DNA of 64,000 nucleotides from Chiloscyllium plagiosum (lineage: Eukaryota), in contig NC_057758.1 in NCBI RefSeq assembly GCF_004010195.1, positions 6,882,311 to 6,946,310 on the forward strand, given 5' to 3'. The translations under genes and the position numbers were made by a program. Below, one piece after another: positions 11,721 through 24,535 of the stretch. Each line of letters begins with the position of its first letter. Within the stretch, counting starts at the first letter, position 1. Below the pieces are notes generated by a model. The model saw only the letters and a program-made list of their open reading frames with translations. It searched no databases and was not told where the DNA came from.

Positions 11721-14700
11721 GCAATAGATTCATGCATCCATGCTTCAGATTAACTATGAGACAATGGCACAGGTCAATAACAATGTGTACAGGAATAAAA
11801 CCAATCTGTCCTGCCAATAAAATCACATTTTGAGAGTCAGGGCTAATACAATTGGTTATTAAAATAATAAAAAAGTAATCATTACCTGCAATTCAGAGGT
11901 GGAAACTGAACAAGTAGGATATAAACTGGAAATTATTTATTCAAAATTCAATTTTAACATGTACACAGTTACCAACTCTGAAATCCATTATAGTTACTTG
12001 GTTCGAGTCCCTTATTTAATATGTCTAATTAGGTTTCAAAAGTCGGCCTGACAATCGTTGCTCATTTACTATGCTATAGGCCTACTCACATGGTAATAAA
12101 ATACTTCGAATGCATAAATAACGGCCGAATCCTAAGGCACAGATATGAACAATAGGATATTGATTTTGTTACATGATTTATCAGAACATAATGTTGAAAT
12201 TGTCAGTGAGGGAGAGTAATTGAGAAAGAGTAAAGCAATGACTAGTACTTCATAATCACCAATGCGATGCAGCAATCTTCAAATTAAATGGAAACAAACG
12301 AGTGCTAAACAAAATTAAACATGTTAGTATCGTTTTCTAAAAACACTACTGTTGGTTCGGGATATTTTGGATTTATCTTTATACTCACAGCGTTACAATA
12401 TTTAAGCAAATTAAATGAAATCCATGCAATTCCACCACTAAATGATCAAAAGTTAACGTCTGAAGTGATTTTCCTCAATGCTTGGTTTAGATTTTTATTA
12501 ACATTGAGCAGCGACCTGTCCTCATCCTGGAACGGAATTATTCTGCGCCAGAGGTCACGATTTTTGCGCCAATACTTTAATTCGTTTAGTCTATGCCTTC
12601 ATTTGTCGAACATGTATGTGTGGGAAGGGTGAAAATGGTCTTTTGCTTTCGCATGAAACAGTAGGGATTTTGAGACCAAGTTTATACTGATGTCAAATGG
12701 TACGGAATCTCAGTAGGATTCTATTTGTTTAAATCAAAATTGTAATGTCGTTTTCCACCACATTAAACTGATTTCGATTGACAATAGAATTGTTTTCATG
12801 TAAGCATGAACGTGATTAGTTAGAAATTGACAGTAGGACAGCCATGGCCTGCAAAAAACACGGTTGGTGGGGCGATAATATTTCATTTCATAATCACTGA
12901 TGGTTCTTTACACTTAAAAGATATCATCTTAAATTCCCGAAATCCAACTCAAATTCAAAACACTCCTGGATCTCAACTCCAGTCACTAAAACACAAACAT
13001 TCTGTAAATGTGCATTCAAACCAAATCACAAAGGATTAACCTTTCTGCAAGATGCAGGGAATCACAGCTGAGTCAGTCTCTCTTTCTCTATCTCTCTCTC
13101 CCGCTCACACGCACACATGAACATTTTCCAAATTCCCTCATATCTCAGTTTACAGATTTTGTTTATTCCTTGCTTGTGAGGGCCATGAGGCACTTTCCAA
13201 TGCAGTCCAACTTAGGGAGATTAGCCTCATAAATCTTGGCTTTGAAACATAGCTGCTTAACGACGTGGACAAAATCCAAATACCTCCCAGACGTTCCATT
13301 TGCAATTATACCAACATTTTCAAAGCAAGCTGTTCGTGCCGCTGCATTTGTCTGCAACCCAGGGGAAATGTAATGGAGTCCTTAATAGATACACAATGTG
13401 CCCCGTGCGCCAAATCGAGTGAAACCTGGACATCCTGAAGCAAGCAACTATAATTAATACAGATTTGCATGAGCCAATTGAAAATAATGTTGGGCAATTG
13501 AATGGATCGGGGTATCTTGAAGCACGCTGCATACCTCAGAGTGAGTCTGGGGCTTATCAAATATTTCATAACCGTGAGGAAAGCAAATTCGTTTTTCCTA
13601 ATTTTGTAAACGTTAAGATGCTTTCAACAGCACTTTCCATCCGGACAATATGGCCCTGTTGAGTACTCACATGAGTATCTTGCTTTTGTGGAGCGAGAAT
13701 TGCATCAGCATTTCCAACAGCATTTTTTTGTACCTGGCCAAATTTCGATTTTTGTTTTGGACGAGACCAAAGCAGCAATCGCCCTCTTTTTTTCATTTCT
13801 CCAACAATATTGGCCAGTGACCTGGCAGAACCAGGGTATCTCCTACCGTGTTCCTGTGATATTCGGATTTACCTTGGTCCTTCAGGGTCTTTCTGGACAG
13901 ACCAAGAGGACCTGGACTGCCCTTCACAACAGGACAAAGCGAATATGGGGCAGTCCTTCCACATGACGTTTGAAATTAACAAACCCCATCGGATCCTCAG
14001 TAGTCGTGGCATGAGCGTGTAACCTACAAAAGAGAACGAATAAATCCACGCAAAGACAACCTGGCATGGGGGCAGCTGTCAATTCTCCTGTAATTTACCT
14101 GCAATTATAGCTCCATCCTTCACAGACGAAGACAAGTGCAAATTCAGCTTGGCTGCCAATTTCAACAGCTTTCCCTTGCGCAACTTTTGTGAAACCCATT
14201 CTTCCACTCTCAGAAAAATCTTAGCGACTGAAAGAGCCAATAGTTCAGAAAGCACTGTTCAAATCAACCGAATTCAACACCGGGAACAACAGACACCAAC
14301 ACCTACCACTCGCCATCTTTATGTCCAACAATCACAATGTTGAATTATGAATTACACAATCTATCTCGACAACAGCCTTCAAATTGCCAGAACCCTGGAA
14401 TATATTTTCAGAAGTTTGTGTCAAAACTAACGATTCCTCATTTTAAAGGCAGACGTGAGTTGTGTTTCCACCAGAATGCAACGGGTCAGACGACTCATTT
14501 AAGCACTACAGTTGGAACACGAACAAAATAAAAGAGGAATTTAGAATAACTGCACTGTTGCAAAAATTAAATGACCCGCTATAGTAACAAGTAATAAATA
14601 ACTGTTCAAAAACAGAAGCATTCCATAAACGGAATTCTTGTAAAAAGGATAAATTCAAACAAATTCTTGCAGGCATGAGGAACAATATGTAGAGAAATAC

Positions 14701-14929
14701 TTCAGAAAAAATCAAAGGAATTCTTCAAAGCAGCTTGCGACTCCCATGTACTCAATATCTTTTGACTGCTCCAGCTAAACCAAACTGCAAAAAGCCTGAA
14801 CCATGAGACCTGGCCACAGCTATCGAATTGTTAAACTATACTCTCCGTCACCATTGCCATTAATAACTGTCAAAAATAAAAACAGGTCCAAAGCTAGCTT
14901 TATAAAGTGGCAGACTCATCACACGAGCG

Positions 14930-16085
14930 AGGGAAGAAATCATGGAGGCCCTGGCAGAAATTTTCACATCATCTCCAGCTACGGGTATGTTTACAAAATA
15001 CTGGAGGGTGACAAATATTGTGTCTTTATTGAAGGGAAGTGCAAAGGAGAAGCCTGGGAACTATAGATCGATGAGTCTGACAAGAGTGTTAGGTATGTTA
15101 TTGGAGTGGATGTGGAGAGATAGAATTTACACGTATTTGGATGGGCAACGTATAGGGACGGTAGGCATTGTTTCGTACGTCGGAAATCGTGACTAACAAT
15201 CTGCATTGAGTTGTTTAAGGACGGAAGCCAGAAGGTAGATGAAGACAGAATGCTGCACGTTATTTACATGGACATTAGAAAACGTTTGTCAAGATGGAAT
15301 TCAATTAGAAAACTGCCAGATATTGCATTTAGGAAAAGGAAGACGGGTTGGATTTATAGATAATAGCAGGGACGTGGGAGTTTTGCCCAACAGAAAGATC
15401 TGGGTTTCTTGCACTTACTTCGATGAAAGTTGCATCACAGGTAGTCTGGGTGGTTAATAACGGTATTATCACGTTTGCCTTCCGTGCTAATAACATTGAA
15501 TGTAGGAGTGGGAATTCATTTTGAGGTTGTACACGACCCGGTGATGCCACGTTTGGCGTATTGTGCGTGTGGTCTCTCTGTTATTTGAATGGTATTATTT
15601 AATTGGAAATGATTCAGAAAATATTCACCAGGCTGTTACTGGGACTGAAGGGTTTTAAGTTACAACAGGCTGGATAGTCTGATATTTTTATCAGTGGCGG
15701 GTAGACGATTGAGTGGTGACAATTTAGAAGCTTATAACATTGTGAGACGTACAGATATGTTGAATAGCAAAGTCATTCTCTCTCGGGAGGGGAGTTGAAA
15801 ACTAGGGGGCATGTACTTAAGGTGACAGGAAAAATGCTGAACAGGGACATGAGGGGCAATGTTTTGATATAGAGGGTGGTAGCATATGATCTGGCATGCC
15901 GGAAGTAATGGAATAGATAGGCAGATTTAAACCATTCAAAAGACGTTTGGACAGCTTCATGAATAGGAAAGGTTCAAAGGCATATGGGCCGAGCGGATCC
16001 AAATCATTTTAGATTTGTTTATGAATATTGCCAGGGTAAATGTGTTGGATCGAAGTATTTGTTTTTTTCTTCTGCATGACTCTGA
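14930..16085 (+). mobile_element. Heavily decayed CR1 ORF2/3' fragments
   Basis: EALAEIF...WRVTNIVSLLK...PGNYRSMSLT, followed by CR1 3' region similarity. Confidence 0.8.
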
Positions 16086-16306
16086 GAACCTGTGTCGCTG
16101 TTACAGTGGACGTTCCAAAATATGAACAAGAAGTGAGTACCAGAGGTGAATTAAATTAACTCATTCATCATCAAGCATTTAGTTTCAGTGTTTTATGAGG
16201 GAGATCACAACTAGCATAATATCGTGATTTTTCACCCATTTTCGTCCAAATCCTTTCCAGGCAGGAATATTTTTAATAATCAGTTACCGTTTGTTGAGCT
16301 GTGATA

Positions 16307-16806
16307 NNNNNNNNNNNNNNNNNNNNNNNNNNNNNNNNNNNNNNNNNNNNNNNNNNNNNNNNNNNNNNNNNNNNNNNNNNNNNNNNNNNNNNNNNNNNNN
16401 NNNNNNNNNNNNNNNNNNNNNNNNNNNNNNNNNNNNNNNNNNNNNNNNNNNNNNNNNNNNNNNNNNNNNNNNNNNNNNNNNNNNNNNNNNNNNNNNNNNN
16501 NNNNNNNNNNNNNNNNNNNNNNNNNNNNNNNNNNNNNNNNNNNNNNNNNNNNNNNNNNNNNNNNNNNNNNNNNNNNNNNNNNNNNNNNNNNNNNNNNNNN
16601 NNNNNNNNNNNNNNNNNNNNNNNNNNNNNNNNNNNNNNNNNNNNNNNNNNNNNNNNNNNNNNNNNNNNNNNNNNNNNNNNNNNNNNNNNNNNNNNNNNNN
16701 NNNNNNNNNNNNNNNNNNNNNNNNNNNNNNNNNNNNNNNNNNNNNNNNNNNNNNNNNNNNNNNNNNNNNNNNNNNNNNNNNNNNNNNNNNNNNNNNNNNN
16801 NNNNNN
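16307..16806. other. Assembly gap, exactly 500 N
   Basis: N run. Confidence 1.
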
Positions 16807-17559
16807 TCTCACAGACACCATGCCTTCATTAAAGTACTTTACCCTGGTCTTCACAGGGCACATTCACGGGATGAGTAGGTGGACGGGGTGATGAAGATGG
16901 GGAATGCTGGGGGAGGTGGTGTCAATGGGCAATGGAAATGGAGCTGACGAATAGGGAGACTTGCAGTGTCTTTTAAATCTTTGTGTTTTTCTTTCATAAA
17001 CTACAGATGCTGTTTGTATATCGGTGATTGGTGTACAGCTACGTCAGACGAACAGGAGCCCAATGACTGGTTCCTGGTGAAGGCAATCGGTGTGAACAAG
17101 TGACCAGTTTTCAACAGGGACGACTCTCCATTTGACGACAATGTCGCGATTCATTGTGAAGACACCAACGATAGTCTGGGCTGTGACCAGGGCGTGGAGA
17201 AGCTTCATGAGACCCTTGAGAGGAATGAGGGTGGGTGTTACTGAAGATCGGTTGGGCAGTATGTGTCAGCCCGTAAGAGTGGAGAAGGTCGGGCTGTGCT
17301 AGTGCTGGGATCTTGGTTGGAAACACCAACAGGTGCCCAAAAGGAGCAGAATGTGGCTGCAAACCTAGACGCGGTGAGGGGACTTGGAACAGAGACGATA
17401 ACGGGTTGGAGAACTGGAAAGGAAGTGGTGGGACCATGGGAGGCAGGAGTGGGAAGGAAGGCACAGTGCTGCATTGGGAACTTAACCATCCACTGTAAAT
17501 GGGGACAGTGAGTATGTTGGTGCCATCGAGGATCTTGCGATGTTTGATCCAGGGCCAGC

Positions 17560-17725
17560 AGACATGGATAAGGCAGTTGATCCCTTCATCAGGAATGTCA
17601 GGCAGTGATTATGCCCAAAATGTCCATTGTCCTGCTACTCGGATGCTGGCTGACGTACTGTGCTTTCTCAGTGGCAAACGTTCCGACTCGGATCTCCAGC
17701 ATCTGTAGTCCTCATTTTCTCCTTC
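17560..17725. mobile_element. Decayed Penelope-like terminal fragment
   Basis: CCCTTCATCAGGAAT...CTCCAGCATCTGTAGTCCTCATTTTCTCC, resembling the element at 40671-40876. Confidence 0.5.
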
Positions 17726-17749
17726 ATCAGATGCTCCAATAGGTGTGCG

Positions 17750-18075
17750 ATGGATTTTGAGTTTGGTAAAGCAACCTGAGGCAGGACTTATACAATTAAT
17801 AGTAGGACCCTGGAGATGAGGGTGAAGAAGATGTTAGGAATGGTTGGCTTCATTGGTCAGAATTTAGAATCTAGGAGTTGGGATGTCATGTTCCGGCTGG
17901 ACAGGACATTAGTGAGACCACGATTGGAATACTGCATTCAATTCTGGTCTCCCAGGCAGAGGAGAGATTTTGTTAAATGCAGAAAACATTGAAGGATGTT
18001 GAGTTGGTATTTGTGCTACAGGGAGAGGAACAATATGCTGCAGCAATCTTTCCAGGAATGTTGGATACTGAGAGG
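17750..18075 (+). mobile_element. Decayed CR1 3' fragment
   Basis: Matches the CR1 3' region seen elsewhere in the window (GGAATACTGCATTCAATTCTGGTC). Confidence 0.7.
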
Positions 18076-18079
18076 TGAT

Positions 18080-18272
18080 CCAGTCAGTATGTTGGTGCAT
18101 CCATTTAGTTCGTCAGTCGCCTGTGCATCCATTCGGTCAGTCAGCTAGTCAGTCAGTGAGTTCAATCAGTAACTCAGTCAGTGCCTTCATTCTGTCAGTC
18201 AGTGAGAACAATCATTCAGTTAGTCAGTGCGTTCTTTCAGTCAGTCTATCAGTGCGCCCTTTCAGTCAGTCA
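18080..18272. repeat. Degenerate (CAGT)n microsatellite
   Basis: Repeated cagt/tcag units. Confidence 0.85.
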
Positions 18273-18899
18273 AAGTGTGGGAGAAAGTGAAAGCGACGTG
18301 ACTTGTTTAAACTAAAAGAGTCAGGTGTAGAGACTTTGAACAATTAACAAACTTTACCATGACCAGAGGGAGTTAAATCTTCCTTCGTAAAGTCCGACAC
18401 AATTCCAAAGAAATACAAAATGGTACAGGCTGTATAGATAATCAAAGCTCGCTGTCCATAAACTGTGCACCCTCGGGGCAGTCATGAAGTTCCCATACAT
18501 TTTCCAGACCAATATTTCTTAATATCTACGAGACTGAATGTTATATTTTATTCCAGGTTTAGCAAGGCTAGAATTCCCAATAAGGGACAGAGAGAAACAA
18601 TTCATCATTTTCTGGGACAGAGCTAACGACACTGAGGAGCCGAGACATCTTGAAGCTGCAAGTGAGTATTATCAGAGCGGGATTGTTCTCACACTTCATT
18701 AAAATGCTCGAAATCTTACTGCAAAAATTGCTTTGTGACCGAATGTCTTCTAACTGTTTTGTGTCAATTTTGGCCAATTCTTCTTCAATCCTTACTTTTT
18801 TAAAACAAAGGAACGGATTGGGAGCCAGGGGGATTGTCAGGGATATGGTAGTTGGAGATCGGACAGATCATCCTCGGGATTGGTAAGAAAAGGGGCAGA

Positions 18900-20190
18900 A
18901 GGGTCCAGGTAATGAGAATCGCCATTTGGGGTTTCATCAGGAAGAGAAAACCTAGGCATCTGCGGAATCACCGAGGACCAGAGCCAAAACAAGGAATTGA
19001 ATCTTACACTGGCCAGTTGGACACAGACAATAATCATAGTTAGGATAGCAATGGCCACGATGAGGATTATGAGGCCTTGTACAAGGTCACTTAATCATAC
19101 CCGAACCATCGGTCCATCCAGCTCCACAAATCCCACTAGGAACTGTTCTCGTGGAGCTCTGTGACTACTTTACAAATGTGGTTAGCAACATTGGTGATGT
19201 TCTCAGTGTCAAAGGGAATGGAGGTGCAACAGGTAGAGCCTATCAGGGCACCTGTGCTCCGTTTCTCAGCTCACAAATAATCCAGGGCCAGCCTGTTCTG
19301 CAGGGCCATAGTGGGATTGGCGACCATTTCTGCATTTATCTCAGCAAGGGCTGTGGCAGTGTTGTTTGAAGTAAAGCCAGGCGCCTTACTTCAATACGTA
19401 TCGAGCAGTTGCAAAAGGGAAGAGAAAAATCCGAAAAACTGTTTTGAAATGGCAATGGATCTGTTGCAGCGAGACCAAGGCTGTTCAAATGAGGACGAGT
19501 GGGATTCATAGAGGAAAGGAATCACGTACCCCAAATAGCAGTTGGCAGTCTAGAAAAACGTGAAGGCTGGTCTCAGCTGGACAGTCCCACTCGGAGTGGC
19601 CGTGAACACTTTTCTTGGGAATCTGAGTGATCGGAAGCATGTCTTCCAGGCCAAGAGAAATGATGTGCAGAGAGGAGGAGCATGTGCTGGATCTCACCTC
19701 CCAATCCCTCTGCAGGCTGCTTTTGAAGCAGATCGTAGCCTGCGCAGTACACCTTGGATTGTGGTTTTGGTAAGGAACAGGGCAGCGGGTATGCGCGCAA
19801 GATTACATGCAACTTCAAGACATACCTGACTGTCTGCAGACAATACCTTGCTGACTCCCAGATATACCTTATTGTTTTGTTGTGGTGAGGGGAAGAGGGA
19901 ATCTGAACCATCACACCGGCAGGCTGGGTCTGATATAACCACCATTCAACCATCTCAGAGATATGAAGTGTGACGGTCAATGGGGCATGTCTCCGAAAGG
20001 GTGGACAGGAATATGAATACACATCCAGCATCGGGAGTAGTTGACATTCTGTGCAGAAATAGAAGTATTAAACTGTAATTCTGTTAACTGGAGGTTTTCA
20101 GGTTATCCATTGTGTCCCAACCAAACTTAGTCAGTGAAAGAACGATAAGAAAGAGTGTAGTGAAAGGAAGGATGATCAGGCTGAGACATT
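18900..20190 (-). pseudogene. env: Endogenous retrovirus env (gamma-type SU-TM), disrupted
   Basis: Minus strand, across frameshifts: hydrophobic signal-like segment (~20190-20130); CWMC (20030-20019); CYLGYVIP; degenerate cleavage site RCNR; LQNRLALDYL (19303-19274) then TGA; (G)ALIGSTCC; TM segment GLIILIVAIAILTMIIVCV (~19080-19020). Confidence 0.88.
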
Positions 20191-20249
20191 TGCAGACGGA
20201 TGCTGAACAAATGTCTCTGACGGGGTCTCCTGGTTTTCCTCCACTACTT

Positions 20250-20350
20250 TTGCATTGTTTTGCGCGCATCTATTTGGGCCTCCCCTTGACCTTGACCGCT
20301 GTGCAGGTGACCAGTAGAACAAGGAATGGATCTTCCATTTGCCCATTCCT
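20250..20350 (-). pseudogene. ERV integrase C-terminal domain remnant
   Basis: MEDPFLVLLVTCTAVKVKGRPK*MRAKQCK resembles the GPF/Y-VLLxTxTAVKV...WIHAxxxK motif of class I retroviral IN; lies immediately upstream of env. Confidence 0.85.
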
Positions 20351-20629
20351 AATTTTGAGGCTTAGTGTACCTGTGATTGTAAACTTTGATGAGCTTTGGG
20401 TAACTAATGGAAATATTTCCGACGTGTCCACCACAATATTAGCAGCAGTATCAGTTAGTGGGATGGTCTTCATGCCTCTGCAATAAAATCTACAATTATT
20501 AGACAATATTCAGAAAAATGTATGCGAGATGATTCTATAAAAACAAACTGTAGACAAGTAAAAGATAAGGCCCACCAGGCAAGAAAGTCGCTAACAAACT
20601 CAAGTCATCCTTTTTCACAGCATGTGTCT

Positions 20630-21215
20630 TGTTTATTTACAAATTACAGCAGCTCTTTTCTTAGCTGCTTTCTGAAAATCGGGGTACCACTAAGTTTATA
20701 ATAGAACAATAACCATTCCCTCCTTGCCCAAGTATATACCATTATGCACATAATCAACTAAAATAGGCAGCAGCAAAGAAGGATCACAACTTGTTCAATG
20801 CGGGTCACCCAAATGTTGGTTTGAGTATCAAGGGATTACCCTATTTGAGGCAACAGTTTATGCTCTTCAGCCAGCGGCATCCCAGTTATTCTGTACCTTG
20901 CCCAAGTCTGTCATACCTGTCCGCATATTGTCTCTTCTCGGGGTTTGCTGGCGACCCAATGGGGCCAAAAGTTTGGGATGTAAGCCTGCCTGCTTGGCAG
21001 CAACATCTGTCTGCTCGTTCCTTCGACGACTGTACCAATTGCCTGAGCGACAGCCGAACATCTTGATAACTGCCAGATTGATTGGACAAAGCATTATTGC
21101 GAATAGGCTGCCCATGGAGGTTAAAAATCTTCAATGTTCCCACAAGGCTCTGCAATGTTGGATCACATCAAAAGGACAACGAGAGTCAGTGAAGACTTAC
21201 ATGTTTTCCTTTTGA
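20630..21215 (-). pseudogene. ERV pol remnant: RNase H and integrase N-terminal (HHCC-type) region, copy B
   Basis: Across small frameshifts: VFTDS-RCPFDVIQHCRALWEH*RFLTS...PINLAVIK...RNEQTDVAAKQA (RNase H), then LLPILVDYVHNGIYLGKEGM...WYPDFQKAAK (IN N-terminus). Confidence 0.82.
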
Positions 21216-24200
21216 TTGGATGCAAGCACATTCTCAGGTGAACGTAGCATAAATAGCCAGGTTTCTGGTATTGAGACTGGCTCTAATGCAACGCGGGGTA
21301 AGTCGGCTTCCCAGAAATCAATTGTGTTAGAGGATTCTGTAGTCAGCGGTACAGACAGGCGTTTCTATGGCCAGCAGAGCAAAAGCAAAATGGTATGTTG
21401 TTTCCCTGGTGCCAGGATCAGCGATATCTCAGAGATGGTGCAGAATGTTCTCACGGGGGAGAGGGGCCAGAACGAGATCACTGTCCACATTGGAACCAAC
21501 GGCATTGGAAGGGAAAATGGTGAGACTCTGAAGGGAGATTACAGAGAGTTAGGTAGAAATTTAGAAAGGTGATCCTCAAGGATAGGAATATCTGGATTAC
21601 TCCCAGTTCTACGAGCTAGTGAGGGCAGGAGGAGGAGGACGGAGCAGATGAATACATGGCTGAGGAGCTGCTGTATGGGAGAAGGATTCACATCTTTGGA
21701 TCATTGGAATCTCTATTGGGTAGAAGTGACATGTACAAGAAGGAAGGATGCACCTAAAGTCGAAGGGGACTAATATACTGGCAGGGAAATTTGCTACAAC
21801 TGCTTGGGAGGATTTAAACTGGTAAGGTGGGGTGGTGGGTGGGACCCAGGGAGATAGTGAGGAAAGAGATCGACCCGAGACCGGTACAACTGAGAACAGA
21901 CGTGAGTCAAACGGTCAAGGCAGGCAGGGACAAGGAAGGACTAATAAATTAAACTGCATTTATTTCAATGCAAAGGGCCTAACAGAGAAGGCAAATGAAC
22001 GCAGGGCATGGTTAGCAACATGGGACTGGGATATCTTAGCAATTACAGAAACATGGCTCATGGATGGGCAGGGCTGGCATAAGAATGCTCCAGGATACAA
22101 ATGCTACAGGAAGGATAGAAAGGGAGGCAAAAGAGGAGGGGGAGTGGCATTTTTGATAAGGGATAGCATTACAGCTGTGCTAAGGGAGGATATTCCTGGA
22201 AATACATCGACGGAAGTTATTATTTGGAACTGAGAAATAAAAAATGGATGATCACCTTTTTGGGATTGTTCTTTAGCCCCCCCAATAGTCAGAGGCAAAT
22301 TGAGAAACAAACTTCTAAGGAGATCTCAGCTATCTGTAAGAATAATATGGTGGTTATGGTAGGGGATTCTAACTTTCCAAACATCGACTGGGGCTGCCAT
22401 AGTGTTTGGAGGCAGTTGTTTGCAGCTGAAGGGACGGCTGGAAAATGGGAAGCCTTCAGAAATGAGATAGCAAGAATCCAGAGAAAGTATATTCCTGTCA
22501 GGGTGAAAGGGAAGGCTACTAGCTATTGGGAATGCTGGATGACTTTAAGAAATTGAGGGTTTGGTTCAGAAAAAGAAGGAAGCATATGTCAGGTACAGAC
22601 AGGAAAGATCGAGTGAATTCTGAGAAGAGTATGAAGAAAGTAGGAGTATATTTAAGAGAGAAATCAGGAGGACAAAACGGGGACATGAGATAGCTTTGGC
22701 AAATAGAATTAAGGAGAATCCAAAGAGGTTTTACAAATATATTAAGGACAACAGGGTAACTAGGGAGAGAATAGGGCCCCTCAAAGTTCAGCAAGGCGGC
22801 TTTTGTGTGGAGCCACGTAAAATGGGGGAGATTTTGCATCAGTATTTACTGTGGAAAGGGATATGGAAGATATAGACGGTAGGGAAATAGATGGTGATAT
22901 CTTGCAAAATGTCCAGATGACAGAGAAGGAAGTGCTGGATGTCTTGAAGCAGTTAAAGGTGTATAGATCCCCAGGAACTGATCAGGTGTACCCGAGGACT
23001 CTGTGGGAAGCTAGAGAAGTGATTGCTGGGCCTCTTGATGAGATATTTGTATCATCGATAGTCACAGATGAAGTGCCGGAAGACTAGAGGTGTCAAACGT
23101 GGTGCCACTGTTTAAGAAGGGTGGTAAGGACAACCCAGGGAACTATAGACCAGTGAGCCAGACCTCGGTGGTCGGCAAGTTGTTGGAGGGAATCCTGACG
23201 GACAGGATGTACATGTATTCGGAAAGGCAAGGACTGATTCGGGATAGTCATGGGAAATGTGCATGGGAAATCATGTCTAACAAACTATTGAGTTTTTTGA
23301 TGAAGTAACAAAGAAGATTGATGAGGGCAGAGCAGTAAGATGTGATCTATATGGACTTCAGTGAGGCGTTTGACAAGGTTCCCCATGGGAGACTGATGAG
23401 CAAGGTTAGATTTCATGGAATACAGGTAATAGTAGCCATTTGGATACAGAACTGGCTCAAAGGTAGAAGGCAGAGGGTGATGGTGGAGGGTTGTTTTTCA
23501 GACTGGAGGCCTGTGACCAGTGGAGTGCCACAAGGATCGGTGCTGGGCCCTCTATTTTTTGTCATTTACATAAATGATTTGGATGCGAGCAAAAGAGGTA
23601 CAGTTAGTAAGTTTGCAGATGACACCAAAATTGGAGGTGCAGTAGACAGCGAAGAGGATTACCTCAGATTACAACAGGATCTGGACCAGATGGGCCAATG
23701 GGCTGAGAAATGGCAGATGGAGTTTAATTCAGATAAATGCAAGGTGATGCATTTTTGGGAAAGCAAATCTTAGCAGGACTTATACACTTGATGGTGAGGT
23801 CCTAGGGAGTGTTGCTGAACAAAGGGACCTTGGAGTGCAGGTTCATAGCTCCATGAAAGTGGAGTCGCAGGTAGAAAGGATAGTGAAGAAGGCGTTTGGT
23901 ATGCTTTCCTTTATTGGTCAGAGTGTTGAGTCGAGGAGTTGGGAGGTCATGTTGCGGCTGTACAGGTCATTTGTTAGACCACTGTTGGAATATTGTGTGC
24001 AATTCTGCTGTCCTTCCTTTCGGAAAGATACTGTGAAACTTGAAAGGATTCAGAAAAGATTTACAAGGATTTAGCCTGGGTTGGAGGATTTGAGCTACAG
24101 GGAGAGGCTGAACAGGCTGGGGCTGTTTTCCCTGGAGTGTCGGAGGCTGAGGGGTGACCTTATAGAGGTTTACAAAATTATGAGGGGCATGGATAGGATA

Positions 24201-24535
24201 AATAGGCAAAGTCAATTCCCTGGGGTTGCGGAATCCAGAACTGGAGGGCATAGGTTTAGGGTGAGAGAGAAAGATATAAAAGAGATCTAAGGGGAAACTT
24301 TTTCACGCAGAGGGTTGTACATATATGGAATGAGTCACCAAAGGGTGTGGTGGAGGCTGGTACAATTGGAACATTTAAGAGCCATTTGGATCGGTATATG
24401 AATAGGAAGGTTTTGGAGGGATATGGGCCGGTTGCTGGCAGGTGGGACTACATTGGGTTGGGATATCTGGTCGGCATGGACGGGTTGGACCAAAGGGTCT
24501 GTTTCCAGGCTGTACAGCGCTATGACTCTATGACC
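21216..24535 (+). mobile_element. CR1 LINE, paralogous copy of 7059-10570
   Basis: Same motifs ([32 protein letters not shown]); tail CTATGACTCTATGAC; same 3' flank. Confidence 0.93.

Larger units (their letters stand above)
6442..14998 (+). repeat. Segmental duplication copy A (paralogous to 20467-29168 and, inverted, to 60128-64000)
   Basis: Colinear match from TCTTCATGCCTCT (6442 vs 20467) to TATGTTTACAAA (~14987 vs ~29147), including the same CR1 insertion. Confidence 0.93.

Noticed and set aside
13300..14050. Coding-looking segment (e.g. AVGNADAILA) conserved in three copies
   Set aside because: Conservation is explained by the duplication; frames are broken and no family motif is convincing
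16273..16891. Long ORFs containing X runs, here and at other gaps
   Set aside because: Artefacts of N runs
18290..18900. Expected 3' LTR of the ERV
   Set aside because: No matching repeat found upstream of gag; no clear PPT or TG...CA ends
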